DNA of 64,000 nt from NCBI GenBank assembly GCA_963726195.1, contig CAVSBO010000003.1, forward strand, positions 531,970 to 595,969. The letters are read 5' to 3'. The DNA comes from Candidatus Thorarchaeota archaeon. Lineage in GTDB: Archaea > Asgardarchaeota > Thorarchaeia > Thorarchaeales > Thorarchaeaceae. Both the position numbers and the translations under genes were made by a program. This document shows positions 38,930 through 48,897 of this stretch, in pieces (position 1 is the first letter of the stretch; every line of letters begins with the position of its first letter). A model generated the notes under the pieces. The model made no database searches, was not told the origin of the DNA, and worked only from the letters and a program-made list of their open reading frames with translations.

Positions 38930-39880
38930 ATGACTCTGACTTTGCAAGTTCCTGAGAGTTACGATTTGCTTTCCTCCATTCACGCTTGGATCTACCCGGA
39001 CATCCAGCCCGTTCCGGAAATCACATGGAATGCTGGTTTTGGAAGGGTGTTTACATTCGATGAGACACGAGCGCCTGTGATGATAACGCAGGATTCGCCG
39101 GGCAACAGACTGCATGTGCAATACTGCAGCGAAGAAGTGAGTGCCTCCGAGGTTCGGCGCAAGATAAAGCGAATCTTGGGTTTCAGCATTGACACCAAGA
39201 ATGCACTGAGACACATTGCAGACGATTCGGTCATACATCCCATCGAATCAACTGTCAGAGGAATCCACCCCTACTGCACGGATACTGTGTTCGAGGCACT
39301 GGTCAAATCCATCATCCAGCAGGAGGTATCGTATCGAGCGGCGAACACTCTCACGAAACGCATGATATGTGATTTGGGATTGCCATCTGCACTCGGAAAC
39401 CGTCTTCTCTATTCATTTCCTGCTCCCATGGCCATAGTGAACGCAGGAACAAGGAAGCTATCTGAATACGGACTCGGATTCAAGGCGGGTTACGCATATG
39501 GTGTCTGTTCGGCAATAGACTCCGGGTCACTAGATGTCGAGCATCTATGGGGCAAGACCGCCGACGATGCAAGGGGAGTACTCACATCACTGCGCGGCAT
39601 AGGGGATTGGACCGTTGACGCCCTTGCCATATCGGGTCTTGGAGATTTCTCTGTCTATCCTTCTGGGGACTTGGGTATGAGGAATCTTCTCGGTAGACTA
39701 TACAACAAAGGAGTACCGATGAAAGAGAGCCAAGTTGTCCAGAGAGCGGATTCGTGGGGTAAAGACGGCCCGATGGTGCTTTACCTGCTTATGTGTGCTA
39801 ATGTTCTCGGGGCGATTGGCCCAGCAGGAAGTCCGAAAACGCATAAAAGGGAACCACTGAAGACCCAACCAGAATCCTAG
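38930..39880 (+). CDS. alkA: DNA-3-methyladenine glycosylase (AlkA/HhH-GPD)
   Basis: FEALVKSIIQQEVS, FPAP, LTSLRGIGDWT (HhH), PSGDLGMR. Confidence 0.85.
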   Translation: MTLTLQVPESYDLLSSIHAWIYPDIQPVPEITWNAGFGRVFTFDETRAPVMITQDSPGNRLHVQYCSEEVSASEVRRKIKRILGFSIDTKNALRHIADDSVIHPIESTVRGIHPYCTDTVFEALVKSIIQQEVSYRAANTLTKRMICDLGLPSALGNRLLYSFPAPMAIVNAGTRKLSEYGLGFKAGYAYGVCSAIDSGSLDVEHLWGKTADDARGVLTSLRGIGDWTVDALAISGLGDFSVYPSGDLGMRNLLGRLYNKGVPMKESQVVQRADSWGKDGPMVLYLLMCANVLGAIGPAGSPKTHKREPLKTQPES

Positions 39881-41056
39881 GTGAAGTCCTTGTCTCAGAG
39901 CCCTCCTCCCAAGCGGAAGAAGAATACCAAGACTTGGCGAATATGGTCGATGCTCCTGAAAGAGCTAAGGCTAATCGCGATTGATAAATTCGCATTACTG
40001 ATGGTATTCGCCCTGCCCGGAATGATCATGGGGACGCTTTGGGTTGCTAGACTGCAGGCTAACGTCTCGACAATCGGCACAGGTACTGGTAAGAATTCGG
40101 GCGCTCTTACCATAGGAGTCGTGGACCTAGACCCTACTGATACTTACCCAGGCCAAGACTTGTCTGCAAACTTCACTTGGTATTTGCAAAAAAACCCTGA
40201 CTTCATCGTTGTCAATTTCGCTACAGAGCAAGATGCTCTTAACGCACTGTATGACGACTCAATTACAGCGTATGCAGTAATTCCCTACGGATTCGAGGGC
40301 AACATAACTGGGGACATTCCGGCATTCATACCGATACATATCAGTAGCACCAACTTTCAAAAGGAAGCAGCTGTGTTCGGACCGTTTGAGACTGCAGTTG
40401 CTGATTTCCGCTCTGACCACGGGTGGGTGAAGGGTGAGATTGATGTGAAAACCATCCGTGAATTCCAGCCTGTGGGAGACTACTCTGCGGCATCATTTGG
40501 TGTGTTCTTGATTGTCTTTTCGTCGTTCATAGCAGTCGCAGCGACCGCTGCCCAAGCAATCGTGGGTGATGTGCCTTTGAACAGAATGCTTCTGACACCC
40601 GCCACAAAGATGGAAGCGATTCTGGCGAAGGTTCTCGCATACTTCGTATTGGGCATGGTTCAGGCTCAGTTCCTGCTTCTGCTTTGGATGGGTCTATTTG
40701 GCATTGTTCCAAACGCAGACTACCTGACGCTCAACGGCGTGTTGGCTTTGATGTCAATTTCGGGGTCCGCTCTCGGAGTTTTCATATCAACGCTGTGCAG
40801 GACACGACTGCAGGCAAATCAGTCATTTCTGCTTCTCCTATTCAGCTCCTTCATCGTGGGCACGGGGTTTCTCGACGTCGGCCAAATTGATCAGTACTAT
40901 CCCTTGAACCTTGGGCGGATTATGATAATCGATACTGCGTTCAAGGGAGTATCGCTCTCAACGTTCTCAAGTGAGATAATCCGCATATTCGCCTTCACGT
41001 TGATCTTGATCATCCTCGCTTGGGCTGTTTTGGCAAAGAGAACCACGCTTGCATGA
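39881..41056 (+). CDS. ABC-2 type transporter permease
   Basis: KELRLI..DK, GVVDLD, extracellular domain, RMLLTP, six TM segments. Confidence 0.8.
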   Translation: MKSLSQSPPPKRKKNTKTWRIWSMLLKELRLIAIDKFALLMVFALPGMIMGTLWVARLQANVSTIGTGTGKNSGALTIGVVDLDPTDTYPGQDLSANFTWYLQKNPDFIVVNFATEQDALNALYDDSITAYAVIPYGFEGNITGDIPAFIPIHISSTNFQKEAAVFGPFETAVADFRSDHGWVKGEIDVKTIREFQPVGDYSAASFGVFLIVFSSFIAVAATAAQAIVGDVPLNRMLLTPATKMEAILAKVLAYFVLGMVQAQFLLLLWMGLFGIVPNADYLTLNGVLALMSISGSALGVFISTLCRTRLQANQSFLLLLFSSFIVGTGFLDVGQIDQYYPLNLGRIMIIDTAFKGVSLSTFSSEIIRIFAFTLILIILAWAVLAKRTTLA

Positions 41057-41168
41057 AGATGCCTCAGTAGGCTCAACGACTGGCGTCCACCGTGGTTCTG
41101 ATTCGACCCGCGCAATCAGAATCAAGTGCTTGACTCATCTCTCCTCTGATTCCTAGTCCCAAATTCAG

Positions 41169-42044
41169 CTAGTAACCCAAGCTAGCAAGGACAACAACCA
41201 TCGCATTGTTGAAACCATGTGCGACTGCCGGTCCGAGTATGGAGTATCGTCTCTTGTCAGCAAGGTACCCCAAGAATAAGCTGAGAGCGAATAAGGATGG
41301 AAGTCCAGTCAAATCAAGATGAACAGCCGCGAAGATTAGCGAAGTGAGCGCAATCGCTATCGCTCTGCTTCTCTTTGAGCGAACCCGGAAGTACATCTGC
41401 ACTCTCCGTTGCAGAAAACCTCTGAACACAGTCTCCTCGCTGAGCCCCACGACCACGAACATCACGACAATCCACGCTATGAGCTCCTGCGGACCTGACG
41501 CGGCAAACATGTTTGAGCCTGTTGAGATTGGTCTCCCAGTCACAGTGTAGATCATCCAGTTGATTAAGCCTGTCACTCCGATGTTCACCAAAAGCATGAC
41601 CATGCCTACTCCAAGGCCCAAGGCTATGTCGGTTACAGGAGCAGATGACTTCAGCCCGACGGATGCAAGAGGCAAATGGCGCCTCCTAGCGTAGAGCACA
41701 GGAGGAATAATGAATCCAAACTCTGAGAGAGAAAGCAAGAGAAGCGCCCACGGGGCATAGCGTATTTCAACCGAGATTAGGTCGACTACTATCATCCTTG
41801 ACACAATCAGAGGTATCATGATGACTACCACTAGGGCCATCGTGAAAATGAACGAGGCTCCAGTGAAGAGCAGCACACGAAAGAGACTGTCCCAGTCAAT
41901 CTCACGCTCGACTTGTGTGCCCGGCTCGTAAATCTCAATCCCCCTATACTCTTCGAACTCGTAACGATCGGGATCTTCAATGACCAATGGCACAACCTGA
42001 GCGGAGTGGCCGGGGGTTTCGTGATAAAGTTGCTGATGTGCCAT
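41169..42044 (-). CDS. CPBP (Abi/CAAX) intramembrane metalloprotease
   Basis: SEETVFRGFLQ, FAAVH, AHGFNN motifs. Confidence 0.9.
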   Translation of the reverse strand: MAHQQLYHETPGHSAQVVPLVIEDPDRYEFEEYRGIEIYEPGTQVEREIDWDSLFRVLLFTGASFIFTMALVVVIMIPLIVSRMIVVDLISVEIRYAPWALLLLSLSEFGFIIPPVLYARRRHLPLASVGLKSSAPVTDIALGLGVGMVMLLVNIGVTGLINWMIYTVTGRPISTGSNMFAASGPQELIAWIVVMFVVVGLSEETVFRGFLQRRVQMYFRVRSKRSRAIAIALTSLIFAAVHLDLTGLPSLFALSLFLGYLADKRRYSILGPAVAHGFNNAMVVVLASLGY

Positions 42045-42098
42045 TCTTTATCAGTGTGCCAACAATTCTCCTCACGCGCAATTGCTGAAGGGAGAATT

Positions 42099-44123
42099 GT
42101 GGTCTCGAACAACGAAGACTACGAAATGCCTGCGAGGCCCAGAAGAGGAACTGCACTGCTCGTGAGCACCATCGTAGTTGTTGCCATGTTCACCTTCGCT
42201 TTCGTAGCCCCGGGTGGTATCGGTCCAGCGGGAAGGACTGTCAGAGTAGCGGTCATCGACTCCGGTATAGATGCAGAGGGGATTCTCTGGGATAAGGTCG
42301 TGGCTGTGAGGAGCTTCGTAGACGTGAAGTATGGGTACTCCAACACCGACAACTCCACCGAAGATAGTGCTCCTCACGGGTTTCTGCATGGTTCCTACGT
42401 GGCCAAGATTATTATCGAAAACGCCGCTAGTGCATTGTTTGTTAATGCGAAAGTCGTTGATGCAAGCAACACAGCACTTGAACTGGCGATCGTCGCGGCA
42501 ATACATTGGGCGGTGATGGAACAGGATTGTAATGTAATCAACCTGAGTCTAGGAGGTCTCGCGTCCAGTCAAGACATACTCCGTGATGAAGTGAAGTGGG
42601 CATTCGAGAGAGGAGTCACGGTTGTTGCTGCTGCAGGCAACAACGGTCAAGGAGGAATCGCAGGCAGTTCAGTGGAGTCGCCAGCAGCCTATATCCAAGC
42701 AATTGCCGTTGGAGCGGTCGATGATAAGGGACTTCCGTACGTATTCTCAGGACGGGGGCCCCTAAGAAACGGCACAGCAAAACCGGATGTCTCAGCAGAT
42801 GGATGGTATACGGACCGTGACACATCGACGACGGTGCTCGGAACGAGCTTCGCGGCACCACGTGTCACTGCTGCCGCTGTCTCTTTGATTAGCCACTGCA
42901 AGGAAAAAGGATGGAAATGGACACCGGGAATGGTCAAGGCCACGTTGATAGTTAGCGCACGCCATTCGTTGTCAGACTCTTGGGAAGTGGGAGCAGGCTA
43001 CCTAGACACAGAATCAGCAATGACATACTTAGATGCTTTGCCTAGAGCGAACAACCTTCCTCTGGTTGCTTGTGTCCTGCCCGCCAATAGACCGTACAGC
43101 TTCGAGAAATGGTTTGTGAACTCTACGAGCATCGTAGACTTCTCCGTATTCACGAGCAGCAATGCCACCCTCAATGTAGTTTACGGGGGTTCAGCAGCAC
43201 CTTGGGTCACTGGGCCCGAGAGTATTGCAGTCAACCAGACTTCCTCCCTTTCCTTAAGAGTGTGTGTGGTCTCAAGCAGTCCAATTCATAACCTCAGAGC
43301 CTTGGTTACCCTTACTGCCCCCGAGTACCCGCCTGTTCATGCCCAGCTCAAGTTCAATGCGTCAGTTGGGATGGGCGTCGTCGCTTTCGACACAAGCCAC
43401 ACTCCATGGTGGATTGATTCTATTTTCGGTCAATTCAGGAAATTCTACGAGCTGCTCACTACATTGGGCATAGCTGTGGAGGAGATAACGAGCTCCGAAC
43501 AACTACAGCTTAGCTCGATGCTGAAATACGACGCTATCGTGATTCTGGATCCTTGTGCATGGAACTTTGTGACGGTGGATAACTGGTCGGTGGTTACGGG
43601 CTCCGCTTCGTACTCACAACAGGAGATTGAGTCATATTCCTCATATTGGAAAGCTGGGCGAGGGCTCTTGGTCGTGGGTCTGCAGAATTCGAGCATTGAT
43701 GTTCAGAGTGTCAACCAGCTTCTTTCGCCTTTCAATGTCAGTATGAACTTTGACAGCATTCCGCCCATCACGATCGTTGTGAACGGGATTGCATCTACTA
43801 TTGCTGTGACAAACCTGATAAATCATAATGTCACTCGCGGTGTAGAATCATTCGATTACAATGGCTGCTCTCTTAATCTCTCTGGCCAATGTTTTCGGCT
43901 TGCGTGGTCCGAGCTGAATTGGACTGATTCGAAGCGTATTTCCCATAGCGAGAACAAGACGGTAGTTGTCGGCCTTGAAGGAACGAATGGTAGCAGGCTA
44001 CTGGTGATCGGCACCAACTACCTCTTTGATAACTGGGGAATAATGGGTCTGTACAAATCAACACAGAACTCAAAACTAGCCCTTCAAATGATTCTCTGGT
44101 TGACCAAGCTCAAATGGCCCTAG
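42099..44123 (+). CDS. Membrane-anchored S8 subtilase with a C-terminal GATase-like/ABC_transp_aux-type domain (site-1-protease-like architecture)
   Basis: Catalytic D (VAVIDSG), H (HGSYVA), oxyanion N (AAGNNG) and S (GTSFAAP). N-terminal hydrophobic anchor. C-terminal VAFDTSH...YDAIVILDP...EIE...GLLVVG...NQLL. Confidence 0.85.
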   Translation: MVSNNEDYEMPARPRRGTALLVSTIVVVAMFTFAFVAPGGIGPAGRTVRVAVIDSGIDAEGILWDKVVAVRSFVDVKYGYSNTDNSTEDSAPHGFLHGSYVAKIIIENAASALFVNAKVVDASNTALELAIVAAIHWAVMEQDCNVINLSLGGLASSQDILRDEVKWAFERGVTVVAAAGNNGQGGIAGSSVESPAAYIQAIAVGAVDDKGLPYVFSGRGPLRNGTAKPDVSADGWYTDRDTSTTVLGTSFAAPRVTAAAVSLISHCKEKGWKWTPGMVKATLIVSARHSLSDSWEVGAGYLDTESAMTYLDALPRANNLPLVACVLPANRPYSFEKWFVNSTSIVDFSVFTSSNATLNVVYGGSAAPWVTGPESIAVNQTSSLSLRVCVVSSSPIHNLRALVTLTAPEYPPVHAQLKFNASVGMGVVAFDTSHTPWWIDSIFGQFRKFYELLTTLGIAVEEITSSEQLQLSSMLKYDAIVILDPCAWNFVTVDNWSVVTGSASYSQQEIESYSSYWKAGRGLLVVGLQNSSIDVQSVNQLLSPFNVSMNFDSIPPITIVVNGIASTIAVTNLINHNVTRGVESFDYNGCSLNLSGQCFRLAWSELNWTDSKRISHSENKTVVVGLEGTNGSRLLVIGTNYLFDNWGIMGLYKSTQNSKLALQMILWLTKLKWP

Positions 44124-44512
44124 AGCAATGGAGCTATTCTATCACAGGCAGTCTTCGCGGCGTAAACGAGAAGACCTGTCTTCAGGCTCTTAGCAGCAGC
44201 CAACACGAGAATGGCCTTGTCTCCTGCGCTCTTCAACAGCATCATTCCATTCTCGTTGGTCACTAGGACTTCCTCTAGCGACCCTTGTTCTAATCTTTCT
44301 GCAGCAAGGTCAGCGACTCCAAGAATCGCGGCAGACATCGCTGCAATCTCGGCTTCCTCCAGTCCCTGTGGTACGGCAGATGCAATGGGCAGACCCTCCT
44401 TTGATAGGAGCATCCAAGCGCGCACCCCAGAGGCCATGGATGTGGCTTCCTCCATGATTTGTCTCAGCTTGCCCTGCAGTTTTTCAAACTCGGGGTTTAG
44501 GATGGCTGCCAC
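44120..44512 (-). CDS. Roadblock/LC7 domain protein
   Basis: LLSKEGLPIAS, IAAMSAAILG, LEQGSLEEVLV, GDKAILV, KTGLL. Confidence 0.9.
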   Translation of the reverse strand: MAAILNPEFEKLQGKLRQIMEEATSMASGVRAWMLLSKEGLPIASAVPQGLEEAEIAAMSAAILGVADLAAERLEQGSLEEVLVTNENGMMLLKSAGDKAILVLAAAKSLKTGLLVYAAKTACDRIAPLL

Positions 44513-44680
44513 TCTCCGAAATCGGCGTACTGGTCGCTGATTTAGATTTGCGCGTTAATAAAGTTTGGTTGATGGACAATCGAAAGTGCACAAACCAGAA
44601 TGCACACTCAGAGTAATAAGCCGTCCATCCACTAATAAGCTTACCATCATGTTGGAAGACCTCATTCCAGGTGTGGACCC

Positions 44681-45301
44681 ATGACCGATGACGTACACGA
44701 CCTTGGATCATCCGAAGTTCACGAAGACACAACCGGATGGAAGATCGGTGCCCGAGCCCTTGGCATTGCAGAGAGCTTCGAGCAATCAGATGAATGCAGC
44801 ACTGTCGCAGGAGTCGTGATGCGGGGTGACATGAGAATCGACGGTTATGGTTTCTGCCGTCCATCGATAGGCGGGGCCAACGCAACGGAGGAGCTGATAT
44901 CCATGTATCATTCACTCAACAGGCAGGATATCAGAGCTTGGATGTTGGGTGGAAGCGTAATCTCTTGGTTCAATATCGTAGACATTCAAGAACTGCACGA
45001 AAGAACGGATACACCGGTTGCATGCGTATCGTATCGTCCGTCAGAGGGCATCGAGAAGTACCTGAAGGAGTATTTCCCAGACGACTGGCAAAAGAGAGCA
45101 GACGTGCTTGAACGGACTGGCGAGCGGGTCGAGATACACCTGAACACAGGCCACTCAGTATTCCTATCTGTGGCGGGAATAAGCATCAACAAGGGCCGCC
45201 GATTGATAGACATGTTTACCTTGGATGGTGCAGTGCCAGAGCCTATCAGAGCAGCGCGAATCCTCGCCGCTTCAATACGCCATTCAGGTTGCTTCCAATA
45301 G
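44681..45301 (+). CDS. DUF99 (endonuclease V-like) protein
   Basis: LGIAES, GVVMRGD, WFNIVD, VPEPIRAAR. Confidence 0.8.
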   Translation: MTDDVHDLGSSEVHEDTTGWKIGARALGIAESFEQSDECSTVAGVVMRGDMRIDGYGFCRPSIGGANATEELISMYHSLNRQDIRAWMLGGSVISWFNIVDIQELHERTDTPVACVSYRPSEGIEKYLKEYFPDDWQKRADVLERTGERVEIHLNTGHSVFLSVAGISINKGRRLIDMFTLDGAVPEPIRAARILAASIRHSGCFQ

Positions 45302-45303
45302 TC

Positions 45304-45936
45304 CTAGCCAGAGCGGCCGAGCCTGTTCCTGTGCATATCGTACAGCTGCTCAAATAGAGATTGGGCCACGTCCAAGTGGAGATTGGTGATTTCGGCTTTC
45401 GCATGTTCGAAGAATTCCTCGAGGTTTTGAGAAGGAAAGCCAGAACTCTCAAGACGAACTGCATGTGCTAACATGTCAAGCTTGTCAGCGGCAACGACGA
45501 CCCTTGCTTCAAGGGTCTTGGAATCCTCAAACTCATCCCATTGCTTTCTCAGCGTCTCCCCAGCTGCTCCGAGTGGACGAAGCATCAGCCTCATTGCGCT
45601 CCGCTCGGTCTCTCTCTTTCCCGATTTCATTGTCGTGCCGCCCAGTTCGACGGCTTTGTGTGGGATATCCGATATCATGGCTTCGGGCAAGTCATGAAGG
45701 ACTGCCATTGTCAAGAGCCTCTCAATGTCGACACTCGTTCCTTGGGATTTGATATGGTGCGCTAAGAGGAGAGCAATGAACACAGTCCCCCAGCAATGAG
45801 ATGCGACGGTCTCGCACTCCGGAGGGTTCTGTCCAGCTAGAATCCAGCCAGTGCGCGAAAGTCGTTTGAGAGACTCCGATTTCAGGCAGACTTCAATAAT
45901 CTCTTCTGCATTCATATAAGACGCCTCCCACTCCAT
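45304..45936 (-). CDS. HD-domain hydrolase (HDDC2/YfbR-like 5'-deoxynucleotidase)
   Basis: LKRLSRTGW, ETVASH, LHDLPEA..SDIP, EARVVVAADKLD. Confidence 0.85.
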   Translation of the reverse strand: MEWEASYMNAEEIIEVCLKSESLKRLSRTGWILAGQNPPECETVASHCWGTVFIALLLAHHIKSQGTSVDIERLLTMAVLHDLPEAMISDIPHKAVELGGTTMKSGKRETERSAMRLMLRPLGAAGETLRKQWDEFEDSKTLEARVVVAADKLDMLAHAVRLESSGFPSQNLEEFFEHAKAEITNLHLDVAQSLFEQLYDMHRNRLGRSG

Positions 45937-45979
45937 TGGGGCTGAGCACTTTTCGTTTGCCCTGTGACCATAATGCTAC

Positions 45980-47078
45980 TCATGGAGTGACGGTGATGGT
46001 GCCATTGACAATCATATCTTTGTAAATGCGAATGACGTTGAATATGTTCGCAGATATGTACGTGTTACTGTACGAGAATGCTGTTACATTAGCACCACCG
46101 TTGGCCAAGTTGTATTGGAACTGATTATTGGGTGGGGCTGGGAACGCGTTCCACAGTGTCGCGTTGATTATCCAAGATACTGCCCAGTCTATGCGAGGAA
46201 CGACACTGGTTGGAATCCAGCTCGGCGCAACGGGCGCTAGAATATTGGCACAACCAAGGTAGTCTAGGTTGCCATCAGCAGCTATCACGAGAGGCATCCT
46301 GTGTTTGAGATGAAGAATCGTGCTGTTGGCCAAGAGCATTCCGTTGCGCACTCCGATGATGCTAGCACGGACAGGCGCGAACAACACGGATATTCCGGTT
46401 GCGGTGAACAAATGAAATGTTGCATTGCCGGCAGCAGAGTTGTTGTTGTAGCTGCCCACGTACTCTGTTGGCGCAAGTGTCACGTTCAACACATAGGTGG
46501 TATTCGCGGCAATGACGCCCTGCACGAAACCGTTGATTAGACTCGTGACCGCTGGATCATCACTCATCGATGCAAGAATCCCAACCACCTTAGTGTAGTT
46601 CGTGCTAGCGGAAAGGAGTGCTGCAAGAACACCCGCAAGGAAAGGCGGCCTGTTCGGAATGGAATATGCCGCACGCAACATTAGGCAAAGTGACATTACC
46701 ACCAATCATGGCAAACTTCTGGTGCGGGTATGCTGCGGCAGTACTATTCAGCGCAGATGTAAGTTTCTGCCCAATGACCACAATAAGGTTGTACTGGCCT
46801 GAAGATGCAAGACTCCGCATCAAGGTCTCAGCCTCAACAGCCGTCTTCGGATATGGACTAGGTATGACATACTGAACAGTGAAGTTGCCAGAGATTTGAT
46901 TCATCCCAATCTGGGCTTGGTCTGCCATGCTGAGGTCGCCGAAGCCAGGGTCCAGTACGACAATTGCAATCTGAGGAGGTCGGTACTGATTCGTGACATA
47001 GAGAAAAGCGCCCACAGAACCGAAGATCACAATCACAATCACAAGTGAAGTAAGCAATGAGGTCCTTGTGCTCGGCAT
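45980..47078 (-). CDS. BMP-family ABC substrate-binding protein, frameshifted near 46640
   Basis: N-terminal TM anchor, GFGDLS, HQKFAMI, FLAGVLAA, GFVQG. Many N-x-S/T sequons. Confidence 0.7.
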
Positions 47079-47298
47079 TATACTTCCCTCAGCGTCGAAC
47101 GGGAGCCGAGCACCTCGGGGTTGATTTAAACTTGTTGTTCAAAGAATCTTGGAACATGAATACTACATGGGTACGACGAGAAAGATACCACGAGTCTTTT
47201 CGCTCAATCAAGTGCGAATGACTACTTTTTCATCGTCCTGCGGTTGACCACAGCTTATATAGCGGCAGTTGGTTACACGCTCGCAATAGAGGTTCAAG

Positions 47299-48027
47299 GT
47301 GATGGCTGGAGAAATACTTGGGAAAGTTGCAGACCTTCTCGCAGACGCATTGAAGGTCCACCGCTCCGTTAAGGATGTGATACTGTGCACTAAAGAGGGA
47401 GTGGTCGTAGCGGCGGTCTCCAGGAAGAATGAGAGCATCGACCCGAAAGTCCTGTCTACTGTATCAGCTGCACTTGTATGGGCTGGAACAAACGTACTCG
47501 GCCAAGTGGGCAAGGCCAAGCCGACGCATCTAATGCATTCCACACAGGGTGAGACCATACTCACGGTACTGCAACCACACTATCAACTGGTCGTTGTTTT
47601 GGCGAGAGCTGAGCAGACAGGAGTGGATTCTGCCACACTGGTTTCCAGGTTCCAGTCTGTCGCCACACGTATTGAGCTGCTCATGGGTTCAAGTGCCGCA
47701 CCCTCAAGAGAGACGCTTCTTGGGAACATTGTGAAAGCATTCCCAGAGATAACTCAGGCCATGCTTCTCACGGCTGAGGGGTTGCCTCTTGGCTCGGTTG
47801 GTCTCGAGAATTACGTAGAGATTGCCGCGTTGGTCAGTTCCATCTTCGCGAACGGACTCACGTACTCGAATCGCACCGAGAGCATACTGATCAATTCTGA
47901 ACAGGTTGACCTGTTAGTAACTCGAGTTGACGAAACGCGCCTGCTCGCAGTTGTCTGCAGAGGCACTCAGCCCGATGTTCTGTCCAAAAAGGTGATGGCA
48001 TTCATTCAGGAAAACTTGGCGCTCTAG
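47299..48027 (+). CDS. Tandem roadblock/LC7-domain protein
   Basis: Two repeats: ILCTKEGVVVA...LSTVSAAL and MLLTAEGLPLG...IAALVSSIF. Confidence 0.75.
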   Translation: MMAGEILGKVADLLADALKVHRSVKDVILCTKEGVVVAAVSRKNESIDPKVLSTVSAALVWAGTNVLGQVGKAKPTHLMHSTQGETILTVLQPHYQLVVVLARAEQTGVDSATLVSRFQSVATRIELLMGSSAAPSRETLLGNIVKAFPEITQAMLLTAEGLPLGSVGLENYVEIAALVSSIFANGLTYSNRTESILINSEQVDLLVTRVDETRLLAVVCRGTQPDVLSKKVMAFIQENLAL

Positions 48028-48737
48028 TGAACCTTGGTTGGTTCGGCAATCTCGGGGGGGACTGTATCATCTTCGCTGACTAAATCGAGTTGCCACTCCC
48101 TTAGATTAATCTTTATGTAGCAGTCTTTGCCTCTCTCGGGGCAGTCAATCCGAATGGTCACATGGTCCTGCGTCTTCTCTTTGATTTCCGGATTCAGACA
48201 ACCGCCCTCCAACTTCTCCATCAACCACATAACATACGCTTCTGTTATTGAGTTCAGGCTGCCGTCCAAAAGGGCTTGGCCCAGATGAGCCAGATAATGC
48301 CTCTTCTTCCGTCCTTGCTTTTCAACACTAACCAGTCCAACCTCTTCCATGCGTGAGATGTGCCAACGGACTGTGTCGTGATGGACACCAAGAGTCTCAG
48401 CCATTTGTTCTTGATAACACCCGGGGTTGTTCACAATGTATGAGAATATTCTTCTGGCGGTCTCGCTGCGCATCGTCAGGTATGCCATTTCTGCTTCTTG
48501 AGACCTTAACATTCTAGGGTAGTAGAGTCTCTTTCCTGCGAACTTGATTGACTTTACGAGCCCTTCCCGTTCAAGAATCCTGAGATGCCATGTCAAAGTG
48601 CCAAGAGGACTCTCGAGCATCGACACAAGCTCGAGAAGGTAGGTGCCGGGATTCTCGCAGAGGACCTGATAGAGGTCCCGCCTAAACGGGTGAAGAAGCA
48701 ACGTCAAGCGTTTTTGCTTTTTGCTTTTTGCTTGCAT
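48024..48737 (-). CDS. Double winged-helix (ArsR-like) transcriptional regulator
   Basis: Two NPG...WHL/WHI..LE..GLV repeats. Confidence 0.85.
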   Translation of the reverse strand: MQAKSKKQKRLTLLLHPFRRDLYQVLCENPGTYLLELVSMLESPLGTLTWHLRILEREGLVKSIKFAGKRLYYPRMLRSQEAEMAYLTMRSETARRIFSYIVNNPGCYQEQMAETLGVHHDTVRWHISRMEEVGLVSVEKQGRKKRHYLAHLGQALLDGSLNSITEAYVMWLMEKLEGGCLNPEIKEKTQDHVTIRIDCPERGKDCYIKINLREWQLDLVSEDDTVPPEIAEPTKVH

Positions 48738-48897
48738 CAGCCAGTCCTCTTGCGTCGGCGTTCATTCAAATGGGCTGAAAGGTCATAAAAGGTCTTCGAC
48801 AAGTTGAGTGCCACGGAACATTAGACCTAAGCTTCGGAACCTTTTTCGGCGTATTGTGACATCCAAACGGTAGAATCTCGGCTTAGAAGGTCTTGAC

